Positions 1 to 8,599 of a stretch of 24,178 nt of DNA are shown here, piece after piece. The translations under genes were made by a program, and so were the position numbers. Source of the stretch: a virus (lineage: Duplodnaviria; Heunggongvirae; Uroviricota; Caudoviricetes); the IMG/VR virus record IMGVR_UViG_2537561992_000036; one strand, written 5' to 3'. The notes beneath the pieces are model-generated. The model ran no database searches. It was not told the origin of the DNA and saw only the letters and a list, made by a program, of their open reading frames with translations. Every line of letters starts with the position of its first letter. Position 1 is the first letter of the stretch.

Positions 1-1284
1 TTACTTCTTCGCCTCTGCAACCACTTTACTACCCACGCCGCGGTTATTGTATTCCCACATGCGGTTGTAGTTAGTGTCATTCAGATTGCGCTGTATTTCG
101 TCGTTATCATCTACGCTGCCGGTATTACCCGCAAACGGACGATTAGAGATCACCGCATCGGCCCACGGTTTAGCCGTGTTAAAACCTTCGTTGATGGCGC
201 TATCACGGATCACCACCTGACCGTTGGTATTGGCATCAACATCCAGCGAGCGGCCCAGTTGCGCCACACCATCACCGAAAGCATTGAAACGGCTGTTTAC
301 GGCGAGGAAACCGTAGTAAATGTTGGACAGCGTAGCCGGTGCAAACACATACGCTTCTTGCTGAGTACGTGAGTTCACCACGCGGAATTCGGTGTTATCG
401 AACACCACTGCGCCGCGACCAGAAACGATATCCACATCCCCTTCAATGTAGCTGTTGGTCACCAGCGTACGCGGCTGACGATTCGTTTCCAGACGGTTCT
501 GCACACCGCTGTTGGTGACAAAGAAGGTGTTCTGACGACCGAGAATGTTAACGTTGTTAATCTGTACCTGGTCACCATCAGTACGCAGTGCCACCGCCGG
601 ATGGTTACCTGCATCTACGCTATCGCCCAGCGTGTTTTCGATGGTCAGATTTTGCAGTTGCAGGCCATTGTTTTGTGACCAGAAGACCGCAGAGCAGAGA
701 ACACCGATACTGTCGCTGCGTTTGCTCTGGCAGCTATCGTACATATACCACGCTGGTTTACCTGGCATATATTTGCCGCGCGGGTTGACGTCGTGACGCC
801 AGTCGGCAGGGCTCATGCCACCATCAAGGGAAAGCCCAATCTTCACATCAATCGGTTTTTCACCTGTACCGTACAGAGTAATTCCACCCGGAGCGGCAGG
901 GACATATACCGTTCCCTGATACTCACCAGGCATCACGGCAATATACTGGCGCTTGTTGGTACGCTTGATAATTGCCGCATCTACCGCCGCCTGAATCGTG
1001 GTATGCGTTACACCTTGAGTGCCCGCCGGGCCGACAACAAAGTCAGGTTGCGCAGGCAGGGTAATCGGGGAAGGATTCCACGCTGCTGCACCTGGTGTCA
1101 GGGATGCAAAATAGTGTTGAGCATCGAAATTCTGCGCTTCTTTTGCCGACAGAATCGGGCGAGAAGAGGTACCAGGCGCGGTTTGATCAGAAGGACGTTG
1201 ATCGGGCGGGGTTGAGCTACAGGCGGTCAGCGTCACGCCAAAAGCCAATGCCAGCGCCAGACGGGAAACTGAAAATGTGTTCAC
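1..1284 (-). CDS. ybhC: Outer-membrane lipoprotein YbhC (pectinesterase-like); host gene flanking the prophage
   Basis: Complete 427-aa ORF with TAA at 1-3; N-terminus has a signal peptide and lipobox (LTAC); recalled as the E. coli gene next to the lambda attachment site. Confidence 0.75.
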   Translation of the reverse strand: MNTFSVSRLALALAFGVTLTACSSTPPDQRPSDQTAPGTSSRPILSAKEAQNFDAQHYFASLTPGAAAWNPSPITLPAQPDFVVGPAGTQGVTHTTIQAAVDAAIIKRTNKRQYIAVMPGEYQGTVYVPAAPGGITLYGTGEKPIDVKIGLSLDGGMSPADWRHDVNPRGKYMPGKPAWYMYDSCQSKRSDSIGVLCSAVFWSQNNGLQLQNLTIENTLGDSVDAGNHPAVALRTDGDQVQINNVNILGRQNTFFVTNSGVQNRLETNRQPRTLVTNSYIEGDVDIVSGRGAVVFDNTEFRVVNSRTQQEAYVFAPATLSNIYYGFLAVNSRFNAFGDGVAQLGRSLDVDANTNGQVVIRDSAINEGFNTAKPWADAVISNRPFAGNTGSVDDNDEIQRNLNDTNYNRMWEYNNRGVGSKVVAEAKK

Positions 1285-1330
1285 AGGTTGCTCCGGGCTA
1301 TGAAATAGAAAAATGAATCCGTTGAAGCCT

Positions 1331-1345
1331 GCTTTTTTATACTAA
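1331..1345. other. attL core (common core shared by lambda attB and attP)
   Basis: Exact 15-bp GCTTTTTTATACTAA; left flank matches the bacterial B arm as recalled, right flank continues into the lambda P' arm and int. Confidence 0.85.
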
Positions 1346-1421
1346 GTTGGCATTATAAAAAAGCATTGCTTATCAATTTGTTGCAACGAACAGGTCACTA
1401 TCAGTCAAAATAAAATCATTA
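1346..1421. promoter_or_regulatory. attL P' arm with Int arm-type binding sites
   Basis: Three adjacent arm-type-like repeats at about 1393-1421 (AGGTCACTAT, CAGTCAAAAT, AAAATCATTA) in the region recalled as the lambda P' arm. Confidence 0.6.
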
Positions 1422-2489
1422 TTTGATTTCAATTTTGTCCCACTCCCTGCCTCTGTCATCACGATACTGTGATGCCATGGTGTCCGACTTATGCCCGAGA
1501 AGATGTTGAGCAAACTTATCGCTTATCTGCTTCTCATAGAGTCTTGCAGACAAACTGCGCAACTCGTGAAAGGTCGGCGGATCCCCTTCGAAGGAAAGAC
1601 CTGATGCTTTTCGTGCGCGCATAAAATACCTTGATACTGTGCCGGATGAAAGCGGTTCACGATGAGTAGATGCAATTATGGTTTCTCCGCCAAGAATCTC
1701 TTTGCATTTATCAAGTGTTTCCTTCATTGATATCCCGAGAGCATCAACATGCAATGTTGTAGGGATGGCAATTTTTACGCCTGTTTTGCTTTGCTCGACA
1801 TAAAGATATCCATCTACGATATCAGACCACTTCATTTCGCATAAATCACCAACTCGCTGCCCGGTAACAACAGCCAGCTCCATTGCAAGTCTTAGCCAAC
1901 ATGGTGATGATTCTGCTGCTTGATAAATTTTCAGGTATTCGTCAGCCGTAAGTCTTGATCTCCTTACCTCTGATTTTGCTGCGCGAGTGGCAGCGACCGG
2001 GTTTGTTGTTATATGGCCTTCAGCTATTGCCTCTCGGAATGCATCGCTCAGTGTTGATCTGATTAACTTGGCTGACGCCGCCTTGCCCTCGTCTATGTAT
2101 CCACTGAGCATTGCCGCAATTTCTTTTGTGGTGATGTCTTCAAGTGGAGCATCAGGCAGCCCCCTCCTTATTGCTTTAATTTTGCTCATGTAATTTATGA
2201 GAGTCTTCTGCTTGATTCCTCTGCTGGCGAGGATTTTTTCGTAGCGATCAAGCCATGAATGTAACGTAACAGAATTATCACTGTTGATTCTCGCTGTCAG
2301 AGGCTTGTGTTTGTGTCCTGAAAATAACTCAATGTTGGCCTGTATTGCTTCAGTGATTGCTATCCTCCTGTCTCGGCCTAATCCAAACTCTTTACCCGTC
2401 CTTGGGTCCCTGTAGCAGTAATATCCATTGTTTCTTATATAAAGATTAGGGGGTAAATCCCGGCGCTCATGACTTCGCCTTCTTCCCAT
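1419..2489 (-). CDS. int: Lambda-type tyrosine integrase Int
   Basis: 356-aa ORF nearly identical to recalled lambda Int from the N-terminus MGRRRSHERRDL to the C-terminus REWDKIEIK; lies next to attL and is transcribed toward it. Confidence 0.95.
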   Translation of the reverse strand: MGRRRSHERRDLPPNLYIRNNGYYCYRDPRTGKEFGLGRDRRIAITEAIQANIELFSGHKHKPLTARINSDNSVTLHSWLDRYEKILASRGIKQKTLINYMSKIKAIRRGLPDAPLEDITTKEIAAMLSGYIDEGKAASAKLIRSTLSDAFREAIAEGHITTNPVAATRAAKSEVRRSRLTADEYLKIYQAAESSPCWLRLAMELAVVTGQRVGDLCEMKWSDIVDGYLYVEQSKTGVKIAIPTTLHVDALGISMKETLDKCKEILGGETIIASTHREPLSSGTVSRYFMRARKASGLSFEGDPPTFHELRSLSARLYEKQISDKFAQHLLGHKSDTMASQYRDDRGREWDKIEIK

Positions 2490-2686
2490 TTCTGATCCTC
2501 TTCAAAAAGGCTACCTGTTACTGGTCGATTTAAGTCAACCTTTACCGCTGATTCGTGGAACAGATACTCTCTTCCATCCTTAACCGGAGGAGGGAATATC
2601 CTGCATTCGCGCACCCATCGACGAACTGTTTCAAGGCTTCTTGGGCGTCGCTGGCGTGCATTCCACTCCTGAAGTGTCAAGTACAT
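2435..2686 (-). CDS. xis: Excisionase Xis with altered, extended C-terminus (83 aa versus 72 in lambda)
   Basis: First ~58 residues match recalled lambda Xis; the tail diverges after PVTG where a T-run is one T longer than I recall in lambda, so the ORF runs 55 nt into int. Confidence 0.8.
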   Translation of the reverse strand: MYLTLQEWNARQRRPRSLETVRRWVRECRIFPPPVKDGREYLFHESAVKVDLNRPVTGSLFEEDQKWEEGEVMSAGIYPLIFI

Positions 2687-2708
2687 CGCAAAGTCTCCGC
2701 AATTACAC

Positions 2709-2733
2709 GCAAGAAAAGCCGCATTGATGCGGC
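2709..2733 (-). terminator. Putative intrinsic terminator downstream of the 114-aa cargo ORF
   Basis: Perfect 6-bp stem GCCGCA/TGCGGC with 4-nt loop at 2718-2733, followed on the minus strand by TTTTCTT. Confidence 0.4.
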
Positions 2734-2792
2734 GATGGTAGGTCTGGATATCATTGAGCCATGAACAGGCCTCATCGAGTGTGAGGCTGTGG

Positions 2793-3137
2793 TTAGTCCT
2801 TTCGTAACTCGCTGATTCTCCTGTAAGTCTCTGGTGCTTTGTTTCCGTGTATCTTCATTTCAGACTTCAACAGAGCAACGAGGGAATCCCATTCGTTGAG
2901 GATGCCTTTGAATGCCGGAACGCGCTTTGCAACCTTGTCGAATGAATCTCTGATTTCTGGAATCTTCTCAACAAGTGCAACGCATCGTCGGAAGTCTGCT
3001 GCGTCATGGGGAGCGCCGAAGTGATGACCATAGATATTCTTTTTCAGGCCACATGCGATTGAGGCAAGAGTTGCGCTACTGATGCCAACATCGCCAGTCG
3101 ATTGCCATTTCAAAACCTTCATAGACAAATCTGACAT
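2793..3137 (-). CDS. Hypothetical 114-aa protein on a segment inserted between xis and orf55
   Basis: Clean ORF on a ~450-bp segment absent from lambda as I recall it; terminator-like hairpins on both sides; no recognisable motif. Confidence 0.6.
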   Translation of the reverse strand: MSDLSMKVLKWQSTGDVGISSATLASIACGLKKNIYGHHFGAPHDAADFRRCVALVEKIPEIRDSFDKVAKRVPAFKGILNEWDSLVALLKSEMKIHGNKAPETYRRISELRKD

Positions 3138-3165
3138 TTCTTGTCTCCAATAAAAAAAACCTCCA

Positions 3166-3333
3166 TCAGGCGGCTTGGTGTTCTTTCAGTTCTTCAATTC
3201 GAATATTGGTTACGTCTGCATGTGCTATCTGCGCCCATATCATCCAGTGGTCATAGCAGTCATTGATGTTCTCTGCTTCGATAACTCTGTTGAATGGTTC
3301 TCCATTCCATTCACCTGTGACTCGGAAGTGCAT
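3166..3333 (-). CDS. Lambda orf55-like small protein (55 aa)
   Basis: 168-nt ORF (below the ORF-track cutoff) whose DNA matches the recalled lambda segment upstream of xis with a few substitutions. Confidence 0.45.
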   Translation of the reverse strand: MHFRVTGEWNGEPFNRVIEAENINDCYDHWMIWAQIAHADVTNIRIEELKEHQAA

Positions 3334-3405
3334 TTATCATCTCCATAAAACAAAATCCGCCGTAGCGAGTTCAGATAAAAGAAATCCCCGCGAGTGCGAG
3401 GATTG

Positions 3406-3690
3406 TTATTCATTGCCGATATTCACCTTTATCGCGAACACCTTTACCGGTTTATCACCGAAGTGCGGATGTGTGATTGTCTTGATTTCATATCCGTCAT
3501 ACGGAACATCAATTCTGCGGCTGGAATCGTCGCGCTTCGGATATCCCTTTGTGATAATCAGGCGGTCATACTCCCGGAACATAATTCGCTTATTCCAATA
3601 GTCATTACACAGGCGATACTCTTCCGTTTTCTCTCCTCGAATCATGGCATCGAAGTATTCACCTTTGACGGCAAGTTGTAGGTTAGCCAC
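3406..3690 (-). CDS. ASCH-domain-like protein (94 aa)
   Basis: Contains GEKTEEYR, matching the ASCH GxKxxExR signature; GTG start 6 nt after GGAGG; overlaps the upstream stop. Confidence 0.6.
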   Translation of the reverse strand: MANLQLAVKGEYFDAMIRGEKTEEYRLCNDYWNKRIMFREYDRLIITKGYPKRDDSSRRIDVPYDGYEIKTITHPHFGDKPVKVFAIKVNIGNE

Positions 3691-3985
3691 GGTTAACCTC
3701 CTGCGGAGTAGCCTTTACAAGCACTGGTGCAAATCCATCTTCATTAAGGTTATGAATATAGACTTCTGTTCTCCTGCGCTCTTCAACGTTTAATATTGTT
3801 TCTGGATCATAAACCCATACTTTCATTCGACTATTCCATGAAGAAATCGCTTCAGATCTAGTTCGTTTTTCTGGTCCTTGGGCACCACATTTGCATGACA
3901 CATAGCGCATTTTCCCTCTGATACTGAATGAGTATCCGATGTTAAGCACAGTGGAACCACAGAATGGGCAGCGATATAGATTCAT
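3683..3985 (-). CDS. Lar-family-like restriction alleviation protein (100 aa)
   Basis: N-terminal CPFCG...CKCG followed by SSWNSR, resembling the Lar family Cys cluster and WNxR motif; ATG overlaps the upstream stop (TTATGA); RBS AAGGTGGA. Confidence 0.55.
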   Translation of the reverse strand: MNLYRCPFCGSTVLNIGYSFSIRGKMRYVSCKCGAQGPEKRTRSEAISSWNSRMKVWVYDPETILNVEERRRTEVYIHNLNEDGFAPVLVKATPQEVNRG

Positions 3986-4599
3986 AAATCATCCACCTTA
4001 GGCGCAGCTGAGACAGCAACATTCCAGAACTCAGAAAACATATTGTATGCACCAGATAGATTGGAAGTAGCATACCCTCCAAGCTCACTTCTAATCTGAA
4101 CGGCTCTCATCATTTCCGGGGTTAACTCCTTCGGCACCATAACCCAACCATCCGGAGTTACCGGAGAGTTGCCACCGGGAATATTTTCCGGAATATTTTG
4201 TTGTGCGTTTTGTGGTTGTTCTGATTTACCCTGAAGCATGGCGGCGCGGCAGGCGTTCCAGCCAGCTGTTCGCCCAAGCGCGTAAACTTCAGATGGATCA
4301 AGATAATCAATGTCATGCCCGTCCTCATCGTCGTTCTCAGGTAATGCAGCAGGTACTACCGGTACTGGCGGAGCGGCGTAGACCTCAATAATTCCATTAT
4401 CAATAGGCCATTCTCCATCCTTGAGGTAGTCACTTGTGCCGTCAACTTGCTGTTCTGCAATGTGGAATGCACCTATTGGTTTTGCTTCCAGCGATGCCAG
4501 AGCAATCCGTGCCAGTTCCATTTGTTCGCCACTAGTAAGTCCGTTATCAAGCGGGGATTTAATGAACAATTCGATACGTTCTTTAGTGATAGTGCTCAT
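3982..4599 (-). CDS. Hypothetical protein (205 aa from the internal Met)
   Basis: Start chosen at ATG 4599-4597 preceded by AAAGGAGAG; the 238-aa track ORF begins upstream and would overlap the Ea22-like gene. Confidence 0.55.
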   Translation of the reverse strand: MSTITKERIELFIKSPLDNGLTSGEQMELARIALASLEAKPIGAFHIAEQQVDGTSDYLKDGEWPIDNGIIEVYAAPPVPVVPAALPENDDEDGHDIDYLDPSEVYALGRTAGWNACRAAMLQGKSEQPQNAQQNIPENIPGGNSPVTPDGWVMVPKELTPEMMRAVQIRSELGGYATSNLSGAYNMFSEFWNVAVSAAPKVDDL

Positions 4600-4600
4600 A

Positions 4601-5158
4601 TCACTCTCCTTTGATGCGAATGCCAGCTGCGCTTGCTGATTCTTCATATGCGCGTTTAGCAGCGTTAAGGATTGCTGCCAGTGGCGTATAGCCGCCATCC
4701 ATTCGGATTGTGTTGTGGATGCCAGCCATTGTGTCGCGCAATTTGCTGTGGCTAGCAGACAGTTCTGCTATGCACTTCTCTGCGGCATCGGCTCGATCTT
4801 TTTCACGCTGGAACATTTTGTGAGTGCGGTCTATAGCTTCGATTCGTGCCGCTGATGTCTTCTGCACGGCTTCAAGCTCAACACGCAGCTTCCCAACCGT
4901 AAGAGCAATATCCTCGTTCTTCTGGTCGCGGCGTTTGATGTATTGCTGGTTTCTTTCCCGTTCATCCAGTAGTGCCAGCACGGTTTCTGGCCCGGTCAGA
5001 AATTTGAAGGCGTTGAGCGCATCAATATCCACACCGTAATCCTTAAGTTCCTGTTCAGTTAACAAATCATCATCAACTGGCAACATTAACAGGCGTTCCA
5101 TTGCCGGAATTGCACGCTCTGCCGCCTCACGCAGTGCCTGATAGTCAATCTTGCTCAT
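4601..5158 (-). CDS. Ea22-like protein (185 aa)
   Basis: N-terminal region, the LLDERERNQQYIKRRDQ.NEDIALTVGKLRVELE block and the C-terminal AGIRIKGE match recalled lambda Ea22. Confidence 0.7.
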   Translation of the reverse strand: MSKIDYQALREAAERAIPAMERLLMLPVDDDLLTEQELKDYGVDIDALNAFKFLTGPETVLALLDERERNQQYIKRRDQKNEDIALTVGKLRVELEAVQKTSAARIEAIDRTHKMFQREKDRADAAEKCIAELSASHSKLRDTMAGIHNTIRMDGGYTPLAAILNAAKRAYEESASAAGIRIKGE

Positions 5159-5712
5159 TGGATGACTCCTTTACGAAGCTGTTCGGCGATATCTTCGAGA
5201 ACGCCATCAGAGAATGAACGGTCAAAATCGCCTTCCGGCGCATTGGCCATAAACTCAGTAGAGGTAAGAATCATCCGGGCAATATCAGCGGCGTTCTTCG
5301 CAGTATCATCAATAAAACCAGCTTCCCAGGCAGCCAGCATTCTGTTCGCCACAAAGTAAGCGCCCTCCTTGCGTGCTTCAGTCTTCACTTCAGCCAGAAA
5401 AGCATCGGTGGCTGGGGTTTCAGTAATATCATCTTCCCATTCGCTAAACTCCTCACGACAAAAGTCATTAAATTCCTTCTCAGATTGCTTAAGCGAGGAA
5501 TTTTCAGCAGCCATCTTCGCGCATTTAGCCTCAAGGTTATCAATCGTGATTCCAGCAGAACGACACTCCCGCAACGCCGTTTCTAGTTTTGATTCAAGTT
5601 CACCGAACTTACGGACAAGATATTCATCGTTTGTTTCGTCAACCTTTAAATCACTTGGGATGCATTTACCTTTCAGAAAACCATCCATCTCAATTAGTGT
5701 CATTTGTTTCAT
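5155..5712 (-). CDS. Hypothetical coiled-coil protein (185 aa; alternative start at 5730)
   Basis: ATG at 5712 overlaps the upstream stop as ATGA; track ORF extends to 5730. Confidence 0.55.
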   Translation of the reverse strand: MKQMTLIEMDGFLKGKCIPSDLKVDETNDEYLVRKFGELESKLETALRECRSAGITIDNLEAKCAKMAAENSSLKQSEKEFNDFCREEFSEWEDDITETPATDAFLAEVKTEARKEGAYFVANRMLAAWEAGFIDDTAKNAADIARMILTSTEFMANAPEGDFDRSFSDGVLEDIAEQLRKGVIQ

Positions 5713-5891
5713 TTCTTCCCACTCCGCCACATCGCATTCAGATATTTGTTGTCATTAACAGAACCGAAACTCTTTCTCTTAAGCAATTCCTCTCTCGATG
5801 GCATTGGCTTTGCGCGTTGGCGAATAATCATTTCTGCCGGAAGAATGCCGGGATTGTATGCAAGTCCTCTCATGGTAAATTCCTCAGTCAT
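5709..5891 (-). CDS. Small hypothetical protein (60 aa)
   Basis: ATG overlaps the stop of the 97-aa gene and its own stop overlaps the next start, fitting the coupled chain; no motif. Confidence 0.35.
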   Translation of the reverse strand: MTEEFTMRGLAYNPGILPAEMIIRQRAKPMPSREELLKRKSFGSVNDNKYLNAMWRSGKK

Positions 5892-6177
5892 TACTGATAG
5901 CGCCATAGCGTGAGCGGTAATTACGCAGGCGCGGGTCAATTTCAGGGAAGTGGGTATATGTGGCTTTGCGGAATGGTCGGATTGATGTCTGGTAAATTCG
6001 CTCGCGTTCTTCTTTCTCTGCAAGCCATATACAATGGCGAAATTCCTTTTCCTCTTTCGTTTCCTGCGGTAGCGACATTATCCGATCGTAGTTTTTTCTG
6101 AATTTATCCAGCACCTCCGATACGGAATTGCCGGAACAGCGGCGCGCGTCATCCGCACCATACAGAGGCGCTGGCAT
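5884..6177 (-). CDS. Hypothetical 97-aa protein
   Basis: ORF with AAGGA RBS 7 nt upstream of the ATG; directly downstream of ssb/erf. Confidence 0.55.
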   Translation of the reverse strand: MPAPLYGADDARRCSGNSVSEVLDKFRKNYDRIMSLPQETKEEKEFRHCIWLAEKEERERIYQTSIRPFRKATYTHFPEIDPRLRNYRSRYGAISND

Positions 6178-6200
6178 AATTAAATCCTTATTTTTCTAAA

Positions 6201-6584
6201 TCAGAATGGGATGGAATCGTCGTATACAGGAGTGTTCTGCTGGTTACTACTTTGCTGCTGCGGGCCATTTCCTGAAGCTGCAAATCCAATCTTTGCATTC
6301 AGTAATTCAAGAGTGATTGATTGACCATTTTGCCCCTGATAAACATCAACCCTGATGTTTTCTCCGGTAATTTCCACAATGCCACCTTCAACAAGAACAC
6401 TACGGTAGTAATCCGCTTGCGCTCCCGGCTTGGCAAATACAACGGCGCTGTAGTTTGTCCATTCTTTCTTTTTTGTCTGGCGATCGTAATACTGAACGCC
6501 AGCACGGATGTTGAATCCGATATTTTCCCCGGTCTGAAACTCTCTTGCGGGCTTGTTTAGTCTTACAGTAATCGAATGTGCCAT
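6201..6584 (-). CDS. Phage single-stranded DNA-binding protein (127 aa)
   Basis: C-terminus ends DDSIPF, the SSB acidic tail motif; start MAHSITV overlaps the erf stop as TAATG. The track ORF is a 5' over-extension. Confidence 0.7.
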   Translation of the reverse strand: MAHSITVRLNKPAREFQTGENIGFNIRAGVQYYDRQTKKKEWTNYSAVVFAKPGAQADYYRSVLVEGGIVEITGENIRVDVYQGQNGQSITLELLNAKIGFAASGNGPQQQSSNQQNTPVYDDSIPF

Positions 6585-7189
6585 TAAGCAGCAGCTCCTT
6601 CTAATTCGTCTCGTCTGATGTTGTAAACGTCCTGCGCTTTGTGCTGCTCCGGTGTGCCTTCGAGCATCTTCCACGCTTTGGCGAACGCCTGTTTAAGCTC
6701 TTCTACGGTGTTTTTCTGCATTGCTGCGTCAGTGAATGCTTTTAGAACCTGTTCAGGTGTAGGTGATGGTTTTGATTGCTTTGCTGCTGCGTTCTGCTGA
6801 TGTTTATGCTCGTCGGTATCTGCATCTTTCGCATCATCAATGCCGAATAAACCATTGAGGCAATACTTGCGTGCATAAGAGCTTGTAGCTCCCGTAACTT
6901 GTGCAGAATCCATTCCTTTCTTGCTTTCTTCCTCTCGTGCAAGAGCGGTTGCCGTATGACTGTTTTCGCCATCGGTAATAGTTGCCGTGGCTTTCACATA
7001 ATACCGATCACCAATCAACACAACTTCATCGCTGATTGATAAAAACAGGCCATTCAGTAACGGCTTAACGCCTTCAAGAATATCTTCGCAGCTTCTGTAT
7101 TTATATTTGCCGAATGAGTTGTACTGATTCTTTGGCGCGTTCAGATTCTCCTGAATAGCTGCCAGTCTTGCGTAAAATTCTTTGCTCAT
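6584..7189 (-). CDS. erf: Erf-family single-strand annealing recombinase
   Basis: N-terminus MSKEFYARLAAIQENLNAPKNQYNSFGKYKYRSCEDILEGVKPLL matches recalled P22 Erf; start taken at the internal ATG (7189). Confidence 0.75.
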   Translation of the reverse strand: MSKEFYARLAAIQENLNAPKNQYNSFGKYKYRSCEDILEGVKPLLNGLFLSISDEVVLIGDRYYVKATATITDGENSHTATALAREEESKKGMDSAQVTGATSSYARKYCLNGLFGIDDAKDADTDEHKHQQNAAAKQSKPSPTPEQVLKAFTDAAMQKNTVEELKQAFAKAWKMLEGTPEQHKAQDVYNIRRDELEGAAA

Positions 7190-7290
7190 ATGATTGTTCT
7201 CAGAATGGACACGGCCCAAGGAAATAACGCTGATTTAATACTTCGACTCGGGACAAATTAAGGCATACCCGCATTCCTTCGCGGTCACCA

Positions 7291-7449
7291 TTATGGCGAT
7301 ACCAGAGAGCTTTCTGCGTGTACATGCGCCTCTGTAACTTGCTCTCCTTCACTGTGGTTGCAAGTGACATGAATATCTCCTTCGTTACCGATTAATTCTT
7401 TCATCTGACGAATGAATTCTTCGTCTGACCAGTTATCTGTAAAACTCAT
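7291..7449 (-). CDS. Small ORF (52 aa) between kil-like gene and erf
   Basis: ATG overlaps the kil-like stop (ATGA). A competing 56-aa ORF in another frame (7200-7370) has a GGAGA RBS; only one is likely real. Confidence 0.3.
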   Translation of the reverse strand: MSFTDNWSDEEFIRQMKELIGNEGDIHVTCNHSEGEQVTEAHVHAESSLVSP

Positions 7450-7598
7450 TTCCTGCGATAACACGGAAGGTTGATAGCTGATTTCATCGCTTTATTTGCT
7501 TCAAGCCACATTTTTGAATCACCAATAAATCGGGCTATTACTGCCTTGTTCTGTGCAGCACGAAGCATCTGGTGATTGATGGCTATTTCATTGCGCAT
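7446..7598 (-). CDS. kil: Kil-like small protein (50 aa)
   Basis: Contains ARFIGDSKMW, comparable to recalled lambda Kil ATFIGDEKMF; below the ORF-track cutoff; start overlaps the cIII-like gene. Confidence 0.5.
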   Translation of the reverse strand: MRNEIAINHQMLRAAQNKAVIARFIGDSKMWLEANKAMKSAINLPCYRRK

Positions 7599-7714
7599 AA
7601 TAAGACCTCAACTCTTTTCCATCCGTCACGTAATTTACGGGTGATTCGTTCAAGTAAAGATTCATTTAATTGGAAGGCACCCATGCGAGCGCCTCCCGCG
7701 ATTGCGTAAATCAT
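7583..7714 (-). CDS. cIII: cIII-like protein (43 aa)
   Basis: Contains ESLLERITRKLRDGWKR, matching the recalled central helix of lambda CIII; AAGGA RBS upstream of the ATG. Confidence 0.6.
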   Translation of the reverse strand: MIYAIAGGARMGAFQLNESLLERITRKLRDGWKRVEVLLCAMK

Positions 7715-7738
7715 GGGTGGTTCCTTATGTTGGTTTTA

Positions 7739-8599
7739 TTAGTAGGTTATTTTTGTTGCGAATAATTCGCCTTTTACGATGGCTGTTATGATATTTTTAG
7801 CAACATCTTCTGATGCGCCAACCTTGATAAGGTCAGCAAGTATTTTGTTATTTACTTCTTTCCGGTGAGCTTTATCCTTTGCTCTACGCTCTTCTTCGTC
7901 CTTGATTCTTTTTTCTTCTGCTATTCTGGCTTGCTCTTTTGCTTCAGCCTCGCGCAGGATTCGTTCTGCCTCCTCCTGTGCTTTACGGCGTTCTGCTTCA
8001 ATTGCCGCATGCTTTTCTCTTTCAGCTCGTTCTGCTGCCTCTTTTGCTTCGCGCTGTGCTCGTTGCTCGGCTTCAATGCGTTCACGCTCTGCACGTTCCT
8101 CTGCGGCCTTAGCTTCTGCTTCTCGCCTTGCTGCTGCTTCAATTTCGGCTTTTGCCTTTGCTTCGGCTTCAGCTCTGGCTTTCTCTTCAGCTTCTCTTTT
8201 TAAGCGTTCTTCATGCTCTCGCTTTTCCTGCTCCGCTTTGAGTCTTGCCTCTTCTCTTTGGCGGTCAAATTCGCGATCCATCAAAATCGCTATTTCATGG
8301 TCAGACTCAATTTGCTTTGCGAGAGCTTCAGCTGCTGCCTTAGCTTCTTCTTCGGCTTTAATCCGCGCCTGTTCTTCCTCATAATCAGTAAGAGGCTGGC
8401 GCGCCTTGGCTTTCAGTTCATCAAGGCGATCGCGCACTGTCTTGCGGTTAGCATCAATTAGCTTTGGAATTTCCTTCAGTTCAGCAACAAGGTCTTTGCC
8501 AAGACCATCGAGATATGTTTTCGTCTGCGCAACTTTATACGCCAGATAAGCGATCTCCTTTCTGCCCTTTGCCGTTGTGATATCAGGCACAAAGGACAT
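7739..8599 (-). CDS. Lys/Glu/Ala-rich coiled-coil protein (286 aa as tracked)
   Basis: Long low-complexity charged repeats; an in-frame upstream segment (8707-8651) with a strong RBS is separated from it by a single TAG at 8650-8648. Confidence 0.6.
   Translation of the reverse strand: MSFVPDITTAKGRKEIAYLAYKVAQTKTYLDGLGKDLVAELKEIPKLIDANRKTVRDRLDELKAKARQPLTDYEEEQARIKAEEEAKAAAEALAKQIESDHEIAILMDREFDRQREEARLKAEQEKREHEERLKREAEEKARAEAEAKAKAEIEAAARREAEAKAAEERAERERIEAEQRAQREAKEAAERAEREKHAAIEAERRKAQEEAERILREAEAKEQARIAEEKRIKDEEERRAKDKAHRKEVNNKILADLIKVGASEDVAKNIITAIVKGELFATKITY

Noticed and set aside
545..1316. Plus-strand ORFs (83, 66, 140 and 73 aa) inside ybhC
   Set aside because: They lie wholly within the antisense of a well-supported 427-aa gene; no RBS or motif; typical frame artefacts.
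7865..8461. Plus-strand ORFs of 112, 160 and 82 aa rich in Ser/Ala/Leu/Cys/Phe
   Set aside because: Antisense artefacts of the low-complexity repeats encoding the Lys/Glu-rich coiled-coil protein on the minus strand.
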